Positions 28,214-41,095 of a stretch of 64,000 nucleotides of DNA are shown here, piece after piece (position 1 is the first letter of the stretch; every line of letters begins with the position of its first letter). Below the pieces are notes generated by a model, which saw only the letters and a program-made list of their open reading frames with translations, was not told the DNA's origin and did no database searches. Source of the DNA: Botryllus schlosseri (taxonomy: Eukaryota); contig CM119371.1 in assembly GCA_051294905.1 (NCBI GenBank), positions 8,806,001-8,870,000 on the forward strand, written 5' to 3'. The translations under genes and the position numbers were made by a program.

Positions 28214-29580
28214 TTCTAGAGGTTCACACCATCCCTACTTTCTAACTCTTCACGCTAGCATGGGATGCTCGATTCGCACGCTTTCATTTCACAGATCGGA
28301 CGTATTGGACGAATTGCGAAAACTGTTACGTCATTTGTGCTGAAACGTGGCGTTAACTGAAACATCCTTAAATCCGGCCATGCTTCATAGGTCCCATTCT
28401 CCGTGATTCTAATTTATCACCTGCCTTGATTGCTTTTCCGTCAGCGATTCCATCGCGTCGATGCTGGCTACGTTGCCAATTTGATCTTCCAGATTTAGTG
28501 ACTTGTTAACCAAGAACCCTTACGTAGGTACCGTTGAAGATTACTCATTCTCTTTCCGTCGTATCGTAACATTATAGTGCGCGTTCTTGGTTACAAGCGC
28601 GCAATGTGGCGTATATACAACACTTATTTAGGGTATGCGAGCGGCGGAATATAGAGAGAGTATTAACAAGTGCAGTATTGTGAGTAGATTAGTATATTAG
28701 AGATAACAGAACTATTCAGTTCACGTTCGTATTCACTCTGAGAAACTTGATAATTCAGATAGTCACGTACTCAAACGAACCCCAGTTGGTTTTACGATGA
28801 GAAAATTTTGGTAGCCGCATTTTTCTAGTTTTTATAACATATGCTACCGCCATTCCTTGTATTTGAATTTGTGGTTATTCGCTGCATCACAGTAGCAGCA
28901 AGAAATAAAATGCAGTATTTGACGACAGGCCTTGTGAAGTCGGGAATTGTACCATTGTGACGTTTTTTAAGAATGTTGCATGACGTATAAAGCTGGTTGT
29001 GAATAGAGGGCAGGCTAGCTTCCGTCACAGCTAAGTAAATTGCCTATATTTCCGTACCGTAGTAGAGTTATCTGTATCTGATCATGTTTCGAATATTTTC
29101 TGTTCCGTCCTACACTAGCGGTTCCTATAGTACGGGACTCGCGCGGTCCCAAATTTTCGAATCTTACTAAGTTGTTACAAAATCCTTTCGGAGGATATTC
29201 CGTAACGTCACATCCTTATATGAATGACACCCAACCAATTGCACCAACACAACTCTCAATGATGGCTAAAACTAGAGCGATATCTTGAAGATTTAGATAT
29301 TTAATTTTAGATTAAATTTCTGTATCATCAACGTGTTTTCCAATGTCACTGATGTTGCCATTTTAGATGACTCTATACTCAGTACCTTAATAATTGTATA
29401 TGCATTTGGTGCATTTGGAAATAGTAAGGTGACGTCGCGTGACCTAAAAAGTTCGTGTTCATATGTAGAACCTTTAGTAGTTCGTGTCCGAATCAGAACT
29501 TATTGCTTACTTGATTCACGATAGTTCCCGGTATCAACTTACTGGACGGCAATTGATAATAATCCGTGGTTGGTCTTGAT

Positions 29581-31331
29581 TAGTGATGGTGTGTACCTCG
29601 GGAAGGTTCAGGTTCGTGTTAACGCGAGCCTTTTCGAAAGGTTCTGTGTGAACGCGAACGTGAATCTATGACGTAACGTGACACCATATTGCTAATTCAA
29701 ACCCTATACATTTCAGTTAAGTGATATATTAAATGCGTACACCATACCTAGCTACGATTCGGGCAACATTTTGCCACAATGCTGACGTACATGCTGACTT
29801 TTAAACGTCAGAAAATATATCAACTGGAGCTATCAAATGATATAATAATCCCATAAAATCAATATCTTCCGTCGCTTTGCCAACAATTTCGACGAAGACT
29901 TGGGAAGATAAGCTGACGCCCTAATGGCCTAGGTCAGACCGGACAATGCATTCGGCGTCTACCTATTGCTACATTGATATTGAGCAGATTGTAAAACGGG
30001 TTTCTATACTTGCTACCGATATTTCTCCATTAACAAGTTATACGGCAGCCAACACCCCAATCTTATGGAGTTGTTTTTATGACGCAATAAACATATCAAA
30101 TCAAGATGAATTACGTAGGCCTGCTAGATTTTTTACATTAGACAACAATGTTCTCCTTGTACCAATTTCTTGATTGGTTGAATAAGCATTCCCTGACTAC
30201 CAACACGTAGCGTATAATATCGGTCTTTATGTTGTGTGTTTACGGATCAAGCTCACAGCAGGGAGTCTCTGAATCAGAGGTCTCATGCACGCAACGGCAT
30301 TTTGGAAGTCGAAGTATTCGACAATATTTAACCACCAATTTTTTTATTTGACAACTTAAAATTCGCTCTAAAAACACCCCAGAAACTGGAAACCACTGAT
30401 CAAACTTTCACTATTACATCAATTTTAAAAGTTACCATTCAGTGGAAGATCAACGATTACGTGACATCACTTGTTTATGATGCTAAAACATCACCCGTTC
30501 ATGATTCGTGAAAATTCGTGAAAATCGTGATTTGGACTTGGGTGTGACCTCCTGCAGAATTACTCGTAGGCTACATGCACTCGTCACGTCAAGTGTTACA
30601 ATCAGGGAAGGACTATTGCGCATTTCTACTGCTATAGCACAGTATTCATTGTCTTCAAGTTGTTATTGATCTGTTCCAATATTCGAAGGCAAATCTAAGG
30701 CCGATTCTATTTGACTTTGGTAATGAGATGATCAATATAGCCTAGTTATCAGGAGTAGACCTATGTTAGAAAGTCAGATTAGGCTGTACTGCTCCAATGC
30801 TCTGATATCAGATCAATCTTTGTAAAATTCATGAATTATACCTATAACTGTTCACGTCAAATGTCCGCGAGCTGCAAAATGATTTCGCGACAGCTTTTGC
30901 GATGTCCTGATGCATTTGTACTCACGCATGGTGTCTACAATTAATCATTTTGACAAACTATGCCAAATACAGCACCAATTTTATTAAAATACTTGAAAAT
31001 GTGATTTTTTTCGTGCCAGGCCTGAATTCGCAATAGTAAATCACATTTTCACGATGTGTGTGGAATGCCAGTCTGCAAGGTCCCGTCAAATAAGACCTAC
31101 TGGAAAATATATTGAATTTCCCCAATTATTGGTGCTGCGGCACACGGCTCCATCAAAAAGTAGGAAATTGGCCCGCGAGCACATTTGAGTTTGAGACCAC
31201 TGTTCTAAACACTCACAAACGGAAAGCTGAATATTTTGAGCAAACTTAGTTGGTTTGTGAACGTGAACCTATAAATCTATGAGGTTCACACACAGAAAGT
31301 GAACGTGAACCTCACGTTCACACCATCCATA
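29581..31331 (-). mobile_element. Family A MITE, reverse orientation, with a nested element
   Basis: tagtgatggtgtgtacc ... cacgttcacaccatccata; flanks gtcttgat / gtcatggt. Confidence 0.8.
30275..31202 (+). mobile_element. hAT-type MITE related to family I, nested in family A
   Basis: cagaggtctcatgcacgc ... gagtttgagaccactg; 3' part colinear with the ends of 44560-46050 and 53133-54339. Confidence 0.75.
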
Positions 31332-31386
31332 GTCATGGTAACGGATTTAGTGTCGTATGTTGTGAAAACACTAAAAATATTAATAA

Positions 31387-32370
31387 CACTGATCAACCCA
31401 TATTTTTAGGCAGACAAAGTAAGATTGGTCGTGGCGGTTCTGAAGGGCACTGATTCCGAATATGACCTTAGTTTTTTTCAAATTGACTATATTTTTGGAG
31501 ATAATCCATGGGGCTATTTTGACTAAAATCTCATATTTTCGCTGTATGGGCTGGATCAAAAATCGGATCGGTCGTACTATAAAGTTCATAAATTCAATCT
31601 ATTTGTTATTTTGACACGCGGAATACTATTTTAAATAAAAATACATCAACATATTTATATTTCAGGGTATTAGATTTATCATAATTGGAGACTTTCACGG
31701 ATATCATGTACAGAAATAAACTTCAATCATGTATATAAGTTTTTACCTAAATACTCGAATAACGTTGCATCAAGTGAATCAGTTTTATGTCAACCACCTC
31801 TTTCAAATTCAGATTAATCAGTTGGAACATAATAAAAAAAAGAACTTATCGTGAAGAAAATTTGGTTCTTGTACTATTTTCGGTTGTAAGCAATTTAGTT
31901 TACGAAAGGTTCCAGCAATAGTCTGCCATAATATGTTCGTCGCATCCGCCCTGATATATTTCTTTTGTTGTTTTGATATATTGGTGGAACCTTTCCCCTC
32001 TCTATTCCCTCTAATCAACAATATTATCAGAAAATATATCAAGATGACTGAACAAGAAGTGACATTTAATGCTAATGTTTGCTCCAAGGTTTCCATATGC
32101 AGATACCAATTCTCGGACCAACCGTTTGTAGTTTGGTTCTTTGTTATCTTCCAGAACGTTTTAATTACTACATCCTAGAAGGGATTCCATGCAGTGAACA
32201 CATGCACCTCTCTTAATATGAAATTGTAATCCTTAGTCCGTATTCGAATCTGTGATCAATCAAAGTTTCCAGATTTAAGATTCTCGCTCGATGTGGATAC
32301 TATACTCACTTTGTTGGCTTTACGGAAAATTATTCATTTACAAGTGTAAAGAGATGAGAAGCATATGAAG
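31387..32370 (-). mobile_element. Chapaev3-type (CMC superfamily) transposon 3' remnant
   Basis: Minus-strand, across stops and frameshifts: LKSGNFD*SQIR...AWNPF*DVV..EDNKEPNYKRLVRELVSAYGNLGANISIKCHFLFSHLDIFSDN...GERFHQYIK..YQG...MADYCWNL. Terminus CACTG at 31387 is preceded by TAA. Confidence 0.7.
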
Positions 32371-33388
32371 ATTTTAATGAAGCTTTCCCGGGAAAAACTC
32401 GATAGCTTTATACTTCTCTTTCGTCTTGGTAGAATGACCAATTGGTACAGGAGAAAATATATTTCACTCGAGCAAAAGTGGAATTTTTAGGCTTGACAAA
32501 CTGCTTTTTTAACAAAGTTCTCGCATCAGGTCATGTTAATATTGATGGAATAACTAAGAGCGACATGAGTGTTCATCATAGTCAAACATCTATTTATGCG
32601 CATTATAACAGTAGAAAAATCTATAAGACTTACTTCCTACCAAGTGAAATATTCAAGGGTAAATACAGCGATTTTAGGCTTTTTAGGGGTATAAATATAT
32701 CCTTTTCTAGAGTCAATCTGGCAAAACTAATGTGATATTCGTAATTAGCAACCTTGTAAACTCCCGAAACGGCTCTTAGATGTTCTGTCAATTTCAATAA
32801 TTGAGCTTGACTGATCCCAAGAATATGGAGTTCATTGCCACCGGCTAATTCCAGCGACTGTATTGAGGTTATGCAATTATTATAGAAAGGCAGCATGAGC
32901 CTAGATTTTTATTACGGTCGTTGCCTCGAAGCCATCAGATTCATCATGGTTTCGGACATTGAAATAAGATTTGCATTTGTACTGTCTAGTTTTTATTTGT
33001 TGTTTTTAATATGATCCTTTCAAAATTATGTCCCTCTAAAACGTCGGATCAAACGGACGATACGACGGAGTCTAAATTTACGGAAAGCAAAAGTCAATCA
33101 ACTGCTGTCCTCTCGACGGAAAACAATGCGGACAAGACTCAAGGTTCCCCACATATGCTCTGCAAAATATGGATATATTCTTACTAGAACTATTTCGAAT
33201 CATGTCTTAGGACTTGCTGGCAAGAACTCGTCGTCGACTACATGTCTAACGCCCTCCAGGGAAGACCTGCAATCTGTTACGCCTGGTGCGGAATGTGAAA
33301 AGGCGACTCCGGAGCATCCACAACAGGCTACCAGCGAATATGTAGAAGACGAGCCAGAAATAGTCGGTAAGCCACACAGTATAAATTT

Positions 33389-33929
33389 CACAGTTGTAAT
33401 GACTCGAGTCCGAGTCCGACTCAAGTCACGATCTTCTGATGACTCGACTCGAGTCAACCTGTGTATCGATTCGACTTGGACTCGAGTCATTGCACTCGAA
33501 CCAAATCATATGACTCGAGAGTCAGACGTCGAAGACCCGGCATGTCATTGTAATTTCGAAGAATAGTAATAAGTAGGCCTAATCACACTATTAGGATTTT
33601 GTCTGTCTATCGTTCCTGGTACTTGAAAATGCGACCAGATACTGCTAAAAGTAGGAAAATTAGTTTATTACAAATTCAAACCATTCGATAGCACAAAACG
33701 GTATAAAAAGTAGATTTAGCAAGACTTCAACTGGGAACTGAGCTGCCAACACAATTACTTAAACCTTGACTCCAGTCATAATACCAAGGCACGGACACGA
33801 CTCTCTGTTCGACTTGGACTCGGACTTGACTCGGTGTTGAATTGAAAATGCCTCGACTTGACTCGGGTCAACACCATGAAAGTGAGATTGACTTGTGACT
33901 CGGAGCCTTGTGACTTGGTTACAACCCTG
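33389..33929. mobile_element. hAT-type MITE, family K (CAGGGTTGTAA termini, GACTCGAGTC repeats)
   Basis: cacagttgtaatgactcgagtcc ... gacttggttacaaccctg; reverse homolog of 55313-55884 and 61478-62072. Confidence 0.75.
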
Positions 33930-36619
33930 AAAATTTAAAGGTTGCAAATTGCCTATCCGTCGGTCACGCCATCCTCAAACATAATCGACTGTGGGTGATT
34001 GGGTTTTACCCATTTTATATATTACCCGGTCAACGATGCTATTACGGCGTGTTTCCCATTCTCGACTCTCGTGAATCAGTACAACACGATAAACATCTGA
34101 TCATAAAAAATGTGTTGTCTAGTCAATCGGAGTGACGGTATAATAATGTGCTTCATCCCATACCATCCAAAGTTCTATGAGCCCAGACTTTTTTTATTGT
34201 TTTCTCACTAAATCAAGTCTATCGAATTCAATCAATGAAGATGTGATTATTATGATACGATAATGCATATATATTGCTATGCTATATCGCAAAAACGTCA
34301 CGTGATCAATAAAATATGAAAGGTCACTTTTGTTATATCGCCCTCTCTGAAATAATAAAATGACTGAACGTACATAGAATTGAACCTTGCTTGCATATGC
34401 AAGTGTTCTCCAGATGTATTTAGTAATTGTAAGTTATACTTCTGAGACCACTTGCGTTCTATATCGTACACGTATTGCTGCTTTTTGTGAAGAGCTGGGC
34501 AAACCAATACTCTGAAATAATCATACTCGCATGACATTGTACGATGTAATGCAGTATTACACTAGACTTCACCAAATACACTTGTGGTTCGTTAACCAAT
34601 TTGTCGGGATATATATTGGTATATATGTATATATACTGCAATGATTGTGAAACGCATTAAACATCAACTGTTTGCGAGGCGGGAGCCAACAGAGTTAATA
34701 TATTCAACTCGCGGTATATTCACCCCACGGGTTGCTCTTGTTCACAAGAAGCGATGTTGGAAAATCATACACGAACCATTGCCAAAGAGGGTCAGTGATG
34801 AAGTATTTCTCATTTCTCGTAATGCTGAAATTGGCTTTACTTACTCGATAGGTTACGTTTTTTAGTATTTCTACATCTATTTATGGTATTTGCGTTGATG
34901 CTTCTTTCAATTTGTAATGTAGACGTATTCGTTTGGTGCATAGGTTATGCGACGATCAACTTCTAATTTTGCAAACTGCTCCTATGAGTACGTGTCAGAC
35001 CTATCACTTTTTACATCTACTTGAAGTGACTTCTGCATGTCTCTTTAATATACTTCTGCTTATATTTCAGTAGTGATTTACGGTGTTGCATCCATTTCTG
35101 TTAAAGTACCAATGCTGGCTTGACCACATCTGCCTATTGCCTGAGTGAATACTTTCTTCTTCCCCAGGTGCTGAGATAGGGTCAATTGGCAGACCATCGA
35201 CACCTTCAGCTCAGCAGGCCCCGTGCTGTCACGTGGAACCGGTGGTTTTTATACGCAGGATGGATAGCGAGAGCGAAAGCTCTTCAGGTGATGATCCAAC
35301 TACTAAATATTAACTAGTATAGGAAACATAGTATCATATCCATTATTATACATGTTTAAATCTCTTGCAGACTGTATACCTATTACTCGTTATGTGGAGG
35401 GAAAGCGTGGTCAATTGGTCACAAGGAAGACTTTCATTTATACTTGGGTTTGCATTTAAAATTGACGGTGTTTTAAAACCCTTCGTTTGAAACGGTGGTT
35501 CTCAACTGCCGGTCCGCGACGTCTTTTCTGCTAGTCCGACCGGTATATATAAAATTTTATAACTTAATTTCAAGGCTTGTCCATTGATAAAATAATGAGA
35601 TATAAAATTTCAAATTGATTCAGAAATTCGTGAGCTTACATTCGGCCCGGAAACATGTTCGATTTGACTTGAAGTTCCAGTCGTCTTCGGTGACGACATG
35701 TGAGCCGACAATTACGAGCTGACTCGCTAAACCACGCAGTTTGCATGACTATTGATCATTTTTGTGGACGGCCAGTTGTAACTGTTGCCAGGTATTTTCG
35801 TGCCGCGCATTGCATTAGTATTAGCCTACGTTTGGGGGTAGTGGGAAATGGGTAACGTACAGCACAACAAGGTGCTTAGTCGAACTCTGAAACGGTTCTT
35901 CTCTCGATATCGTCGAAGAGAAGAGTATTATTCGAGTTGGCGTAGTCGGTTTCAGTTAATCCACGGCGTTCCGCGTGGAAGCCTGTGATCGACTCCCAGC
36001 GGTAACATGTTTATCTGGGCAAGGCTATTTTACCTCGACTCGACAGACATGAATACCATCATGAACATATTTGATTACCAACCAAACCCCACAAAATGTC
36101 ACTCTCTATACAGGGGTGGCAAACCTGCCGTCGCACGGCCACATTCGGCCACGGACAAGTATTCCAATTAGTATGTGGTGGCCGTCGTCGACATGCAATT
36201 TGAATTCACGATTTGACTCGCAATTACTTGATAAATTTTAATCTTGAAATTTTCTTCGCGCTTAGCGCGATTCAATGCGACTTCAGTTTTCGATTCTAAT
36301 ACAGTAGGGACCTTTGCAATCAGAGCCCCACATTACAGATTCGAAGGGCCGAGGAAAATGATGGGAGGTCGTCGGGAAATAACAGCGTGAAACAAAGGGA
36401 CCATTAACAATTGACCCACCCGAGGATGCATCAGCATGTATAACTTGCCGGTGAATGTGATCACAGGGCCGAGAAAGGATAAATGTTTGATAGTCATATG
36501 CATAACTACTAGTATTAATGACAAAATTCATTGGTAAATCTGAAAAATAATTAAGCTTCGAGCGACTATGAACAGTTCGAACATCATCAGGGTGTCCATT
36601 CTTCTATCAGAGATAACCA

Positions 36620-37080
36620 GATTTCATAAGTTTTATTGCGTGTTGGAGGCCGGCATATCGTAAAGTCGCTTCAAGACAAGCTACGTATTCTTCAATTACA
36701 ATGATGGTTATATCAAATAGATATTGCGTGATGATCATCCTACCAAAAAACATACATATAACTTGTACATTATGAGAGTCTACGATTTTAAAACTCCTTT
36801 GGTAGTTTACGGAGTGGAATAAACGATAAGCGAAATTCAAGTTGTAACGCGACAGCGGTCGAACAGCATTCGTTTTTATGATATTTAGATTGGAATAATC
36901 AATATTATTTTCCCTCATATGCGCGTTGCGCAACATTGTTGTCTTCAAATAGATTTGAACCGGGCTGGGTGAGTCATGAATCCCAATTTGAGATATGAAC
37001 CTAGACAGTGAGCGATTCTCCGAGGTATGCAATCAATTTGTCAAATCGAAAGTAGGATCATTGTCGTGATTCTGGCCTAA
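36620..37080 (-). mobile_element. Possible P-element/THAP9-like transposase C-terminal remnant
   Basis: ORF 36607-37032 contains SRFISQIGIHDSPSPVQI and LRYAG, resembling the IRQxGGxxDHPSPVxF and LxYxAGY segments of P transposases. Confidence 0.35.
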
Positions 37081-37087
37081 CTGTCAA

Positions 37088-37258
37088 AGTATGGAAAAAG
37101 TATGGAAGTATGGAAAGAACATTCCATACCATACTTGAGAAAATTTCATACCATACCATACTTGCACTCTTCCATATTCCATACCGAAATTACATTACAT
37201 TACATTCCATACCATACGATATTTCATAACACACCCTACTTTACCATACCATGCCCTG
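37088..37258. mobile_element. Family B 3' end fragment
   Basis: AGTATGG/CCATA repeats ending ccataccatgccctg, as at 26119. Confidence 0.65.
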
Positions 37259-37924
37259 TCTGGTAGCAGACTGACATCAGAAATGTTAGTTTATACCGAT
37301 ATAGCATATTTTGCCTACAAACCTGATGTCGTACGCCCCCATATCAAAATAGGACATGTTAAAATTATAACGTTCTATCAGTGACACCAATATCAAATAG
37401 ATATCCCTACAAACTTCATTTATTGGTTATAAAACTGCTACCGAGTATGAAGCTTTAGTTGTTACTGTCCTAGGTGTATATCACATATCAGAAAACACAT
37501 CTTAGCAACATTTACGACTAGAAGTGAGATTCTCTGGTCCTCATGAATCATTCTAGAAGTATACTGAAGGCCCTCTCAGTTGGAGCAGTTGCAGGCGTGC
37601 GAAATGGATAAACCACTGGTAAGCAAGGACTATACCAGAGTGGGGCAATACTTAAAATACCCTTTTCGCTTATATCCCTCTAGGCTCGATATATTTTTCG
37701 GGTATATTATGATATAATGTGATAACCTAACGCAATTCTATTTGGCACAATATGAAGACGTGCATTCGGTAGATCTTTTGAACGTAAATCGTTATCCAAT
37801 CTTCTGCAGACACGTGTACGCTTGGCAAGCGTCGAGATTGGAAGGATACTTTGGAGTCGGCATCTCAGGAATCGGATATGGGAGGTATGATCGTTGTTAC
37901 AACCGTTACAATATTCATAGGAAT

Positions 37925-38958
37925 CAGTGTTGGGATGACTCTAGTCAGACTCGAGTCACCTTTTTCGTATGACATGACTTGACTCGAGTCACTTTGCTAA
38001 GATGACTCGACTTGACTCGACTTGACTCGACTTGACTCGACTTGACTCGACTTGACTCGACTTGACTCGACTTGACTTGACTCGGTGTATCAGAAATGTG
38101 GATTGACTCGTGACTCGGAGCAAAATTCACGAGTCAATTTCAAATCATCAAGTAATCGGTGTCGCTAACAATCACTTTATCTTGCATATGTTCGCATTGT
38201 GCGCGAAACGCTGATGTAGCCCGTAAGAGCGACTAATAATTCCATGATCGTGCCTTTTACTGAGCCTCCATTGCTTCTTCACAAATATATTGACCGCAAA
38301 CGCAGTGATCAAAGCTTACAACTTACGTTGTCGTAAACTAATATAAGTAATTTATAGCAAAATATATATTTCTGTTCTATGTTCTTATCTTAACAAAACC
38401 TCTCGTTTTATTGAAATTGAATTCGAATATAGTTTATATACTCGATCACCAATCATTGGCGCAGGCTCAAATTGTATCATATCAATTTGTAAATGGGTAA
38501 TGTGTGGCATCTTATCAATTCGTTTCTCTATTCTCTATTTTGGCTGGTAACTGTAAACAGAGGCTATGGATTTATTTACGTGGTTAGCAGTTCTAAGTAT
38601 ATGTTAGCGATACCGCGCCTTCCTGCGCGTACGGTACATTTAATTCTATATTCGTTCATCGCTTCAAAATCAATGACCACTCAATGTGTATTTCAGACAG
38701 CTAGCAAATTGACATGACGTAATCATGCCTCATACTTCGCAAAGGCAACATGACTTGAATTGTGACTTGACTTGACTTGACTTGACTTGACTTGACTCGA
38801 CTTGACTCGACTTGCCTCGAGTCGCCTCCAAAAATATAGTGACTTGACTTGACTCGAGTCACCTTCGAAAATCGATTGACTTGACTTGACTCGAGTCAAA
38901 ATGTGCAATGACTCGAAATGACTCGTGACTCGAAGGTAGTGACTTGATTCCAACACTG
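37925..38958 (+). mobile_element. hAT-type MITE, family J, with expanded (GACTCGACTT)n and (GACTT)n arrays
   Basis: cagtgttgggat / attccaacactg; perfect TSD ATAGGAAT; tandem arrays at 38004-38084 and 38764-38815. Confidence 0.9.
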
Positions 38959-40577
38959 ATAGGAATAGGCCCACAGATATGACTGACACTCGGAAGATGA
39001 AAGATATTCGGGTTTATACTCATTTTGATGGAAATTTGACACAAAATATTGATATCACAATAGCATGTATTTTTACCGGTAACTCTCGCTCGTAAGTATT
39101 GTGATGATAGTATTCCTAATGACGTATCGTTTTGCTGTTCGATCCTAGGCCCATTTGTCTTTTGTCATTCGTCTTCATGTTTCGGTATAAATTTTAAATG
39201 TTTGGAACCCAACTTAGTTCACCATGCAGGTGACGTTTACAATTTGTAGATTGTAAATGCTACTCCTTGAACGGCATTGTCTTCTTTATTGCTTGTGCGT
39301 CTTCCTTGGCTATGCTACAGTTACAGTTTGACTTGTTCTCAATTTTGATGTAGAACTAATACTAACCGTCATAAAGATAAGTGATATATGCGCATAGTGG
39401 CTTTATGTTGATGATATGCTACTGAATGGAGTTTACCGAAAAGCTTCGAAGAAACAAATCGCATTGGGATGCCTATCTTATTACATGCAGTATAAAGTTG
39501 TAGAACAAATCGCTTCTTGATATATAACGTTTCTTTACCAAGTCGAAGAATGCTTTACGTGAAATGAGACTTTGATACCACAACACATACCTATGTCTGT
39601 TCTAGAGCCGAGCCGCCATCGTTCCAGGCGAGTACGTTTCGCGTCGATGCAAGATACCATGGATGGATTGGGATATTTATCCGCAGAAGACTTCGGGAAT
39701 AGCGGTAAAAACGCTCTGTTAATTTCATCAGGAAATTCGTAAATAGTAGGTCTGTGCGATGACATAGTTTTTTTTTTGTTTTTTTGTTTTGTTACCGAAA
39801 GAGGTTTCTAATTTCGGTACACTCGAAAAATAAATTCATCACTCGACTAAATTAATACTCGAATCGCCATCGGTCCCCTATACCGATACCAATACGGTAA
39901 AGAACTTGTAGATATATTGGTACAAATTACTTTCCGATACACTAAGATTCCGTTAGTGGAAGAAAGCCATGGGAGCAATTTTCCCTTTAATTTTTGACGA
40001 GTCTGCGGACACTCGCCAACTTACTGCGCAGACCCTTGGACATCAGTGCGTTACGACCATAAAAAGGTTATCATTTCGGATTTTTTGTGCGCAAGTTGGA
40101 TTTCCGGTGTGCAGAGACCGTGTCAGTACTGCGCATTTGCGCAGCTTAGAGGGAACATTGCCTGGGAGTAGCGTAATTGTGGATATCCCACTTCCAATGA
40201 ACTATTAAAAACATTTGGGAACTATATTTAACGTTGGCTTACTTCTGTTCATGGAACATCTAGTGCAGTGTTTCTCACACTTTTTCCGGCTGCGTACCAT
40301 CATTTTTTTCTGCACCAACTGGATCCCAAATGACTTGGAGTCAAATGTACCAGTATTATCAGCAATTAGCGTTGTTACCACATCATAACAATAATGACCA
40401 GTATACGAAAAGCGGATTTAATTTGCCAGATACAGATGTTTTCTGTAGGTAAGATTGTCTATGCGGGGTACAACATTACTCATACAACATTCGAGAATAT
40501 GTCCAGTGCCCAGGCTCACTTTGACGATACAGGCATTTTATTGACCGTTAGCCCTTCCTCGCACTAACAAGCCGGAG

Positions 40578-40843
40578 CAAGAGAGAGAGAGAGAGATCAG
40601 ATTTATTTTCGCCGGCACCATCGAGATGCTTTGGCGATGGTGATGCGATACGACCTTTAAGCAAGGTCATCTAGTCTGCACCACCGTATTTTTCTCCTCC
40701 ACGCTATCCATGGATGCTGAGCGCCTAGCTGGATAGCCGCGGATACCAGTTTTAGAGTCTTTGGTCTGACCCGGCCGGGGATTGAACCCACGGCCTACCA
40801 ATCGAGAAGCTGGACGTATAACCATTACACTATCTCGCTCGGC
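40578..40843 (-). mobile_element. tRNA-derived SINE, central domain resembling MetaSINE
   Basis: Reverse complement has A box gatagtgtaatgg, B box gggttcaatcccc, then gggtcagaccaaagactctaaaactggtatcc...ctaggcgctcagca, and ends AATAAA plus a (CT)n tail. Confidence 0.75.
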
Positions 40844-41095
40844 AAGGGATCTCAATTCTTCTTTTCTGTATTTCTTAAAATCAAGGTGGCGTTTTAACAG
40901 GCCGGGCTTCATGGTAGCGTTAAAAACGGTTTTCATACAAACCACGCACAGTATAGTAAACATTCCCCTATGTATTCGATTGCGATGAATCTATACTTTA
41001 TTTAAGGTATTCTGGGTTATACTCTCATTTCGACATGGTTTAAATTTATCGACCTTGCTGTACTGGTGCATTTACGTTAACCCTAGTAGCGTAGC

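Larger units (their letters stand above)
23383..28237 (+). mobile_element. Family A MITE expanded to 4.85 kb by nested insertions
   Basis: TIRs tagggatggtgtgaac / gttcacaccatcccta; perfect TSD CTTTCTAA. Family A sequence resumes at 26120-26792 and 28214-28237. Confidence 0.9.
28550..33150 (-). pseudogene. Decayed Toll-like-receptor-like gene (LRRs to TIR) split by MITE and Chapaev3 insertions
   Basis: LRRs MLPFYNNCITSIQSLELAGGNELHILGIS and DIFIPLKSLKSLYLPLN (32650-32896), KIKYLNLQD and VTEYPPKGFCNNLVRFENL (29150-29310), then TIR-like HFISCCYCDA..KEWR*HML*KLEKCGYQNFL (28800-28912). Confidence 0.4.

Noticed and set aside
35160..35310. GC-richer segment that might be a SINE tail or structured RNA
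   Set aside because: No A/B boxes, second copy or convincing fold could be established by eye.
38004..38084. Regular short repeats resembling a CRISPR or telomeric array
   Set aside because: No unique spacers; this is a simple 10-bp tandem repeat inside a MITE in eukaryotic DNA.
37945..38130. ORFs with SSQVESSRVK repeats (also 38723-38989, 33126-33566, 55235-55922, 61400-62152)
   Set aside because: They are translations of GACTCGAGTC/GACTT repeats in MITE families J and K.
39535..39765. Possible non-LTR reverse transcriptase fragment (FPDEINRAFLPLFPK...SCIDAK)
   Set aside because: Only a short resemblance to the xxLIPK/RPISL region; no downstream RT motifs were found, so it is too weak to call.
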